Under the pieces are notes generated by a model, which had not been told where the DNA came from, did no database searches, and worked only from the letters and a program-made list of their open reading frames with translations. The translations under genes and the position numbers were made by a program. Shown in pieces: positions 50,985 to 60,997 of a stretch of DNA of 64,000 nucleotides; position 1 is the first letter of the stretch, and each line of letters opens with the position of its first letter. Source of the DNA: Auanema rhodensis (taxonomy: Eukaryota > Animalia > Nematoda); contig OZ059899.1 of assembly GCA_964057225.1 (NCBI GenBank), positions 5,332,001-5,396,000 on the forward strand, read 5' to 3'.

Positions 50985-52525
50985 ATGGATGAAGAAGAAC
51001 AGAAGGGTTATACTTGGGAAGCGGGTTATGCCGACGGTATGCAGATGGTTTTTTTTCCAAATTAAGTTCCATATAAATAACTTCAGGGTTGAATATTAAG
51101 GAGGTATTAGAAGAAGATGAGACAGGTTCCATTGAAAAATCCATAGCCAAATATGTTTTGGAAGCTCGTAAGAAGCAACGATGTATAGATAAGCCAGCTA
51201 AAGTTCGCCTAGGAATTGTAAAGTTCTCATATAATTGTGATAGAACGGTTGTTAACTTCAGATGCGCTATGTGTATATTGTTCTAGATTGCTCCAGATTC
51301 ATTCAGAACAAAAGCATGCCACCCTCAAAATATTTTGTAACTATGAAGGTTCATTAACACTACCGTCTTTCCTGTATTTTCTGTATTTTCTAGGTGATTG
51401 ATAGCTTTCTAGATAAGTTCTTTGAACAAAATCCGATAGCTCAAGTTGGTTTCATAATTTGTAAAGATAAAAAAGCTGAAAGATTTATTAGTTTAACAGG
51501 TTTGAATGAATTAAAAAAATATAGCGTTTGCTATATTTCAGGAAATATTCGAACAATCAAAGAACAGTTAGCAACACTAAGTGAAGCTTCTTGTAGTGGG
51601 GATTTTTCACTTCAGAGTTCTTTGCAAACAGCTTTACTTAATTTAAAGTATATATATATATATATATTTTTTTTAATTTTGTATTATTCTATTAAGGGAA
51701 TTACCAGGTCATGTATCAAGAGAAGTTATAGTTCTAATGGCTAGCTTAACATCGGTTGACGGTGGCAATATATTTTCAACATATGAGGTTATTAAATTTC
51801 TAACTTTTTCTTATCTTAATTTATTTTAGCTTTTGAAAGCGTACAACATTCGATGCTCCGTAATTGGACTTAGTGCTGAAATATTTGTCTGTAAACAACT
51901 CGCTAAAATCACAACTGGTATGAGTTTATTTTCAGGTTTCAGTTTTAATTTGAAATTAAGGTCGATATGAAATTGTATTGGATCCTGATCATATGGAATT
52001 ACTCATGTCAAATCATACAATACCCCCACCATCACTTAAAGCAGCGGAATGTAGTGCTGTGCGAGTCGGGTTCCCTCCTCATTCTGCTATCGCAATAAGC
52101 TCGTTTTGTCAATGGTTAGATTGATATATTATAAAATTTTCGACAACAATTTATAATTTCAGTCATCCCCTTTCCCAACCAATTTCGGAACGTGGATTTT
52201 TGTGTGAACAATGCGGAGCAAGGCATTGCAGTTTACCTGCCGAGTGCCGAATATGTAAACTGACACTAGTTGCAGCACCACAACTTGCTAGAGCTTTTCG
52301 CCACTTGCTACCTCTTCCTGCTTTTCAAAGCACAACAATCGATGAGTATGCTGTTTTTATCTTTTATCGAATTAATGAATTTTTGATTGTAGAGCTGAGT
52401 GTGCCGCATGTGATCAAACCATTACACAAGAAGGCTTTTCTTGTAAAAAATGCTCATCATTGTTTTGTTTTGATTGTGATCTCCTCCTGCACGAAAGTTT
52501 ACATCTTTGTCCAAGGTGTGACTGA
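50985..52525 (+). CDS. GTF2H2: TFIIH subunit p44 (GTF2H2/Ssl1)
   Basis: MDEEEQKGYTWEAGYADG...VRLGIMRYVYIVLDCS (vWA)...FFEQNPIAQVG...SREVIVLMASLTSVD...CSVIGLSAEIFVCK...CEQCGARHCSLPAECRICKLTLVAAPQLARAFRHLLPL...FCFDCDLLLHESLHLCPRC. Confidence 0.95.
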
Positions 52526-52746
52526 TAATTTTTATCAATATGGGTAATATTTTAAGATGAAATAATAAAATGCACCTGTTTCAACTTATGATTATTAATA
52601 TAATACTGGTTACATGAGTTATACGTTAGTTAAGATCATATTCAAAGTGAAATACGTGAAAAAAATATAAGTAATAATTAATTAAGATCATCAAAAATAT
52701 CACAATGTTTAGGGAGATTAATAAGTTTGACCAGAAGGGAAGTAGA

Positions 52747-54346
52747 TTATTCTGCAATGCAAGCTTGAATTAAAGGAGCTGAATTAGGAGCTCTAAATAT
52801 AGCGAGTAGAACGATTGCCACGAAAAATACTGTAAAAGCGGCTATACACAAGTATCTTACTACCTTTTCATATTTGTGATCCTATAAAAAATAAATATAT
52901 AAAGCATATTTGCTATATAACTTACGACTATATTATACAATACACCAACTCCAAAACAAAATCCGGTGAACCCACCGGCAAAGTGAGCAGCGTGGGAGAT
53001 CTAAGAAAAGAAACGAAATTATATATTTTCACACCAGTGTTAAATCACCATATCACAGTCTCCTAGAACATATCTTTTATACAAAACACCTCCGATATCA
53101 TAGCTTAGAAAAACGGCTAATAAAACTAATCTTATCCACCGAAAAGGCATTTCAGACCAATTCTAAAAGCACATTATATTATATTTATGAATTAGCTGAA
53201 TTTAAAATGCATAAAGAACTTTAAAATATTTATATCAGAATTCTTCATGTTAAAACAGAAAACTTACCAAAAAGACGTTTGCAAGATGAGCAGTTATTAG
53301 AGCATAAACACCAGCTGAGGCTCCAGCCAAAAGCACTGACGAGTCAATTACATACTGCAGAAGAGCTCCTAAATAAAAAATCATATAACGACAAATGGAT
53401 ATCTTAAGAAACCAGAAGCTACAGCTAGTATGTACAATGGGGCGATTCTCCAAATTTTATGAACGATTTCCAAAGGAATACCAACGAGCAATTGAATTAT
53501 AACATTTCCCAACAAATGAAGCAAGCTGTACAATTAAAACTATTGAAAATTGTTTAAGAAAAAACAAACCCTGAGTGAAGTAAAGCATATGTGATAAAAC
53601 GCCATGCTTGCTCTCTTAAAGCAGGGACGAAAAGAAAGATACCATATTTGTTTCCGTGACTACATCCAGCACAATATGTCCATATATCTGCATTAGAGTT
53701 TTCAGGCAACGAAACGAAATAATAAACAAAAACAAGAATCTGAAGCAGTTATATGAAGAAGAAATGCGCAATATATAACTATACTTCTAATATAGTAGCT
53801 ATTAAAATAAATATAGGGGGAGGACATAGCGTGTACTCATCGATATAAGAATGCACATCAACTCGTTGGGTATCGGTAATGTACTAAAATTTTAAAGTTA
53901 TGATAAAAAGAATAAAAAAAACCTGATCAGCTATAACATAAAGTGCTCTTGCAACAGGAGAAGGTTGAGCTTCTTTAGAGGTTATCTACAAAATAAATTA
54001 AAATAAATTAAAGAGAAACACCAAACAACACCAGTTTTGAAAATTCTTCAATGTTTATACGATTTTGCCCGCTTTTATCGACAGCATTGCATAACTTATC
54101 AATCTGAAAAGCAAGTAAATAGTAAATTGACAAGCCTATGAATTCACTTGGCAGTCATTGAATGGGAGAGTTCTTCTCTTTTCAATAAGGCGTTCTCGAA
54201 ATTCATCCAGACAAATTGAATCTTGCTCATCTGTATCAGTAATCTAAAAAACATAAACATAGACAAAAAAATCTAGTATGCATTATTGAATAACTAACCT
54301 TACTGAATTGCCTTTGATATTGTTTACGATAGGTATTTGAATGCAT
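52747..54346 (-). CDS. rom-1: Rhomboid intramembrane serine protease, rom-1-like
   Basis: MHSNTYRKQYQRQF...VHSYIDEYTLCPPPIFIL...QAWRFITYALLHSG...HLLGNVIIQLLVGIPLE...catalytic LAGASAGVY...ISHAAHFAGG. The N-terminus matches recalled C. elegans ROM-1. Confidence 0.9.
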
Positions 54347-55038
54347 GTTCTGAAAAAATATATAATTAGGACGTTTGAATAGAACGGTAAAACGGTTTAA
54401 CCGATACAAAGATAACGATGCGTCATAGTAAAGCAAACAACAAAGGAGTGATAGTGTATTTGAAACAAATTTTGGTTACTTAAGCATTTAGAATCAATAG
54501 TAAAAAAAAGTGTCTGCAGCTATTTTGTGTTCATATTTAACAGATAAATTCTTGAAAAGAAAACAAAACATAAAATTTCATAACATCAGATTGTTGGTAC
54601 GGTTGTAACAATGCTATAGTGAATATAAAGGAGGTGATTCCACAAATAGAATACTATGTGCATGTGTCAGGTCATCAAACAATAATAATCGAGGAATGAA
54701 GCAGATGACTCATGAGCAGATGAGAGCAGATTATGAGAGTGAATAATAACCTAAGGTAGGTAAATAAGGTAAATAACCTGATTTAATTTTCAGAAAATCA
54801 GAAAATTTGAATTTGTATTATTTTTGTATTAATAAAGTTTAACTTTGAATAGTTACGAGAAAAAAATCTTATTTTTAAACATTTCCCTTTACAACTTTCT
54901 GATTGAATTGAAATTTATTCCTCTTTCCTTCTTGTCATATGATATTTCTGGGTGGTTAATATGTTTCTTATGCATATTATACCTGTTTAATATATGCTAT
55001 AATGGCATTTAGTTACCATGCTACAAGGTTAATGAAAA

Positions 55039-55060
55039 GCCCGCGAAAAAAATATTCAAA
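55039..55060. promoter_or_regulatory. E2F-like site (TTTCGCGGG on minus) with a nearby TTCAAA (LIN-54/CHR-like) upstream of the kinetochore gene
   Basis: GCCCGCGAAAAAAATATTCAAA lies ~240 bp upstream of the kbp-2-like ATG, fitting a cell-cycle gene. Confidence 0.45.
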
Positions 55061-55292
55061 ATATGTCGCCAAGATTGAGCTCAAACATCAGAGCTAGATA
55101 TGTAGCGGATTGTTTTCTATTTATTTTTTTGCCTTTTCTTTGTTTTTAACTTTATGATCTTTATTATTTATATTTTAAGCCATTTATAATTTTTTTAAAC
55201 ATTACTTTTACGAATGACCTGTGTGAATGTTCAAATGCTGATTTCTGTTTTATTTATTTTTGATATACCATAACTTGTCATTTGTTACAGCC

Positions 55293-55907
55293 ATGGCGTT
55301 GATGGCTTTAACTCAAGCTATGGATGAAATCCGTGATAAGCTCGCAATGACTGCATCTGATAAAAGGCTTTTAAGAAGTTTGGTTAGATGGAGTTGAATG
55401 TACCACAGTAATGCATTTGCTTTAGTGTCGATCTAACAAAGTTGATTTGAACAAGGATGAGTGCGAAGTAGTTTTTGAAGATTTAACTAACTTATTCGTT
55501 AAAATTTATGATCAAAAGATTAAAGAATTAATCGATGAATGTAAAGTATGTGACATCTAATTATTTATTGCTATTATAAGTTATATTCTTTTAGATTCCG
55601 CAGAAAATTGAAGAATTGGAGGAGATTACCAAAGATAGTATTGCTTTGAACGATGAGTTAGGTACTAAATTTGGTTATCGATTTTCTACAGTACGTTTTG
55701 TTTTTCTTTCCTTGATATGTTTTTACTGTTTAGCCTCGGGATGAACTGTTACCATATCTTAAATTCGTTCAAGACGCATATGCTACTACATTGGATGCTG
55801 AAATTGATCTTTTAACTTCTGATCTTAACAAGATGAAAGATGTGTATGACGAAAAATGCTCCATTTTGAAAGCTAAAGTTAAAGCATTGGAAGATAAACT
55901 CACCTGA
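55293..55907 (+). CDS. kbp-2: Nnf1/PMF1-like coiled-coil kinetochore (MIS12 complex) subunit, probably KBP-2-like; 4 exons
   Basis: Spliced MALMALTQAMDEIRDKL...KIKELIDECK/IPQKIEELEEITKDSIALNDELGTKFGYRFST/PRDELLPYL...coiled coil. The pattern resembles the Nnf1 domain and recalled C. elegans KBP-2, which I also recall as adjacent to rom-1. The gene model is solid; the identity is from memory. Confidence 0.6.
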
Positions 55908-56044
55908 TAGATAATGTATGTATAACGTGTATCTATATTTTTTTTAAAAACAATTTCTTTCTTGATCTATTAATTCTTTTTAAATTAAAGTAATTTACAT
56001 CTATGTGTGAAAAAACATTAGTTTTGATTTTATTTAGCGTCTTT

Positions 56045-56057
56045 AAAAAAAGCAAAA
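56045..56057 (-). terminator. Pol III oligo-T terminator of tRNA-Trp
   Basis: The minus strand reads TTTTGCTTTTTTT a few nt downstream of the tRNA 3' end. Confidence 0.8.
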
Positions 56058-56062
56058 CATTA

Positions 56063-56134
56063 TGACCACTGAGCGGATCGAACGCCCAACCTTTCGATCT
56101 GGAGTCGAACGCGCTACCATTGCGCCAAGCAGTC
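56063..56134 (-). tRNA. tRNA-Trp (CCA)
   Basis: The reverse complement GACTGCTTGGCGCAATGGTAGCGCGTTCGACTCCAGATCGAAAGGTTGGGCGTTCGATCCGCTCAGTGGTCA (72 nt) folds into a cloverleaf with a CCA anticodon and A/B boxes. Confidence 0.98.
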
Positions 56135-56452
56135 ACGTTTACATTAGTTTTGTTTGGCGTATATATTGTGTCACGTTAACAATTACTTTTAAATAATATT
56201 GTACATTAATTTGATCTTATGTCAATGATATTTACCATCAAACTTTTATTACTTTTCCTTGACATTTAGTATTCTTAATTTTGAAAATAAAGTTTCAGAG
56301 AGATAAATTCCATGACTAATAATTTTTACTATTACTATGCCTAGAAATATCAATACTTTTATTATGTTGGTTATAAATTTATAGCAATATAACAATTAAA
56401 ATAACTTTATAATAAAGTATATAGTTAGTGAAAAACATAAGTTTTTTTAGTT

Positions 56453-57630
56453 TCAGTTGTGTTTGATACATATTCCTTGATGGTTGCGATGAAATCCTTT
56501 TGGGCATCCGCAGCTGAAGGTACTGATGTCAGGGTTGTAAGAACATGGCTTGATTTTTGCCACACATTCTGCACCGTAAAGCTCGCAAAAATCTATGTTA
56601 ATAGCCTATAAAAGATTGAAGATAAAATAGAACTTTACTTTCATCACTGCCATCTAAACAATCTTTCTTTGCGTCTAACACAGTTGATCCAGCAATACAT
56701 TCTCCACTTTGACATCGAAACTGCCCAAGTTCGCAAATGTTTGGAATGAATACTAAAACATGTGAAATCTCATAAAAAAGGTCATAAAAGCTTCCTTCAC
56801 CTGTTGTGTTCAATGGTACCATTTCAGTTGAATTAGCTACTTCCTCAGTGGAATTCGTAGTCTCTATGTCACATTTAAGAATGCCACTATTGCAAGGGTC
56901 TAAATCTTATATAAGATATTAAATAGTAATTAAACTCTCAAAATGTATTATTAATTTACAAACAAATATTTCACCTTCATCGCTACCATCTCCGCAATCA
57001 TCCTTTCCATCACTTAGCCATTCCAGGTAGACACAATTGACAGTTGAAGCACATCTAACTGAATTTTCTTCCGAACACACGTGTTTCCCTATAATTATTG
57101 TAATGTTTTTTTTATAATTTATTTCTAATACATTAAAACAAAATTTATGTACTATATGAAATATTATACATTTTCTATCATAACAAGCTTCCAATTGATC
57201 TTCTGCTGGCACACATTGACCACATTGAAAATGTTGAGTTTGCTGATCACAATATATTTGGCCTCGTCCACAAACTAAATAAAAAAATATTCTAGTAAAA
57301 TTAGAATTGTGACTAAAATTAAAAAAAAAGAAAATTTAAAAATATACATTCATCGGCTCCGTTTGGACAATCTGGTATGCAATTTCGAACAGCAGCAAAT
57401 GGTATACATGTTGGAAATAAAGTTGTTGGATCACAATCAAATTGAGCAAATGGACAACGAAAAGTTATATGAGTTGGATAATCTAAAATATAAAACAATT
57501 AGAATAATTTAGAAATTATTTCAGATTATAAAAATGTTTAAGTTAATAAAATCTAAAATATACCTTTTGGATTTGGTGGCAGTGAATAAATAAGTTTAAA
57601 AAAATAAAATATACAGATGATGATCAACAT
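56453..57630 (-). CDS. Secreted protein with four LDL-receptor class A-like repeats and a C-terminal EGF-like module
   Basis: Signal-like MLIIICIFYFFKLIYS, repeats ending PDCPNGADE, DDCGDGSDE and KDCLDGSDE plus one degenerate repeat (FQCGQCVP), then CELYGAEC...CSY...FSCGCPKGFHRNHQGIC. No TM anchor is seen. The frame is open upstream to ~57728, so the start may be earlier. Confidence 0.8.
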
Positions 57631-60600
57631 GATACATACAAGTGAAGACGGGAAACAACGATGGCTGTCATGGCAATTTTGAACTTTTGAGCCATGTTTC
57701 AAGCAATTTTCGCTGTTGGATATCGTAAACTAAAAAAGAAAAGAATAGGAGCTAGAAAAAAAATTTAGTTTGCGATCCAAAACTGAAGCATTTTTCAGTT
57801 AACCAATACGATATAGTAAAAGAAATATAACGATTGTTAATAGTCCGAAGAAATATAATAATATTTATTCAAATATTTCAAATCCATCATTTAAATATAT
57901 TTTTTTAGCATATATAGTTATGCTTTGCAATTCTGTTTGAGAATATTTGAAAATTGTACGTTTAAAAGTTTTATAAACTATACATCTTTATGCTATTTTA
58001 TAAGAATATTCTTCTGATAAAAAATTGTATTTGTTAAATATTAGTGGATAAAACATTCTTTATACTTTCTTTATATTTCGAATATCTGAAACAAAAATGA
58101 AAAAAGCCAGTTCAGTTAGTATGTATGAAGCTCTCAGGATCTATGTTGGCTTTGGTACTTGTAGATGTAAACTATTTTTTTTTAAATAGTAGATGACAAG
58201 AGAAATATGTGGACGACTAGAAGTTCAAGCTTGTTGAATTGTTCAAACTCAACAGCATCATCAAACAAATCTATTTTCTTTGGTATTGAAGCAATGACAA
58301 TGTTTTATGTATTCTGATCAGAGTTGAACAAGGTTCTAGTCTTTCGAGATAAAGATAGAAAGAAGAGTTTACATATAACTTCTTTATAGAAGAATTAGCC
58401 AAAACTTCATTGAATTTTTTCAGTATAATATCTTTCCTCATCATGTTATTATTCATAATATATGTATATATATACATATGTATTGTAAACTTAATAGGCG
58501 CTTTCCTTCAATTTCTCTTTGAAAAAAGAAGAAAATGGACGAAGGAGATGACTATATAAACATGTACTTTGATTATTTCTTATGTTTCAGCTGGTGTTTA
58601 TATTATAAAATTGAAATGAATGTATAATTATTGTTCTGAATTAGGAATTGAAGAGGTGAAATGAAAGAGAAAGAGAGAAATTATTTCGTTATGTGTATAT
58701 ATCTGTGTGTGAGATAGTGTGAAGGACTAACGGAAACGGAAATATTTTCTTGTTTTTATTGGATTTCATGGCACAAATGACAATTGAGGAACTAAACTGA
58801 CAAAACAAAAGGCCAAATGGACAAAAAAGATTTTAATGATGACTGTTTGCGTGAAGATTCTTTTGTGGTCAAACACCGACTTTGTCGTCGGAATGATGAG
58901 ATGCACGAATACTGTCGTCTCTTTTGGGTTCTGATGGAAATCGAGACAAAAAAATTTTTTTTGTTGCTTTGGGGTTGATTTGACTGTTTGTCGGTCAGCC
59001 GTTAAATCGTCGATCTAATCAGCGTCTGTGTGGCCATAGCATGTCGTCATCATCAAAAGAGCTTTCGAGAACGAAGAGGCGTTGACGACTGGATCGCCAG
59101 ACAACGCCCATGCTGGTGGGAAATGACAAACGATTGTTGATTGGATCAGTTCAGTTTTTTTGGTTTGGGTGGAGCCTCAGGCAATAGTGCTAATGTTATC
59201 ATTAGGGATTTTTTAAGGAAAGGAAAGGGAAGAAAAGAGATAATTGATTAAGTTGGATAGAGCAATAGGTGTGGTAAACGGAGTCAGTTGGTCATGTCAG
59301 GAATACTATCAGTTCTACTGGGTGGTGTATCGCAAGACAATGACGATCTCGAAACAACCGCGATGACGATTACTGATAGAGATGGACGTAAGAACGACAC
59401 GTTAACACGGGTTTTCAGACAGTAATTTCTCTGCTGATGTCTTCACTGTTGTTGACATTCGACTACATGCAATCTGTCTGACATCTGAATGCTTTAAGTA
59501 TATGAACACAAATTTTCCGTAGTTTCACTCTGACTTGACCACATGGGTGTGGCTGTAGATGACTTGTTCTATTCTGTTGTGCTATCTTCGTCTATCCACG
59601 GCCTCATCATGGACAGTATCCGACCACAGCCATCATTTTTCTTTTTTTTTTAAGTATTCGTCAATGCATTTCGTTTGTTTCATGCCTTTTATGTAATTTT
59701 ACTTGATGATCATGAAGAAGAAACGAGAGGAGAGAGATGACAAAGATAGAGAAAAATCATAATAAATAGTCAAATATATGTAAAAAGAATAATATTATTA
59801 TGATCAATACAAATACAAATATATTTATATAGTTATTTATAAAATATATATTTTGAAAACAAAAATAAGGCTGATTTGACAGATTAGGCCATAGAAGAAT
59901 TTGAGAGATTTAACTTCTTACCTGTCATAAGAAAAACAATTAACAGTTTATTGCTTCTTTACGGTTTTTAACATGAAACCTGATATGTATAATCTCTATC
60001 TATCTTTATATCTCTAAAATTCATTATTCCTAAAAATCTACAAAAGTCTTTTCATTTCTTTCATCTTATATTGCGCTCTTTTACTCTTTCTTTTCGACAT
60101 GCAATCACCCATTTTTAACTATTTTCGAATAAAAAAAGTTAAAATTGACATTGTGAAGTTGGGTCATCACTATGATGATCATCAACTCTAGAGCAAGCTA
60201 TAGTTAGACAATCAACAGATATAGTACTTAACTATTATAAGTTAGAATAGTATAGTATAAATATAGAAATATAGTCATTTATAAAATAAAAAGTATGAAA
60301 AACAATTATATTTTACTATTTTTATTATTATTTCATGAATGACGTATTCATAAGAACAAAGTACGGTACTTTGCTAAAAAAAAGGCAAAGTTGACGTCAA
60401 ACACTGGCAGTTTCTTAAGGGCAGAGAGAAAATATACTCCATTTACCGGCAAAGCTATTGAGTGAAATTCAAGAAATAGCTTGAATTCTATCTGCATGAT
60501 AGTTAGCTTATTAACTATATGTATAAATTATGTAATTACTAAATTAATATCATTGCAGATCGTTTTACAAAAACGTTTTCATAATGCAAACATTGATTGA

Positions 60601-60923
60601 AAAATATCTTTTTCGTATTAGGAAAAAAAACTGTAAAATGAATTGATATAAATATATAATAATCTACAATAGTATATAATAATAATAATAATAATAATAA
60701 TATCTAAAAATATTCTTGAAATGAAATAAAAATGTGTTTATTATTTATTTGTCTTAAAAAAAACTGGAAAATCTAATTTTCTTATTAAAAAGATAAGTAA
60801 AAATATATATTGAATTATGATGTAAATAAAATAAGAAAAGGATAATTTTCTTTCTCAAAAAATTGTTATGAGAATTTGAGAACAGAGAGGGAGAGAAAGA
60901 ACGAAGACGAGAAGAAAGAATAA

Positions 60924-60946
60924 AGAGAGTGAGAGAAAGAGAAAGA

Positions 60947-60994
<48 letters not shown>

Positions 60995-60997
60995 GAG
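60924..60997. repeat. (AG)n / GAAA compound microsatellite
   Basis: Purine-rich AG run. Confidence 0.9.

Noticed and set aside
3683-57170. Several stop-free introns with length divisible by three (php-3, GPCR, dog-1, pph-6, p44, LDLa)
   Set aside because: With roughly 90 short introns in the window, a rough estimate gives a similar number by chance; no evidence of enrichment.
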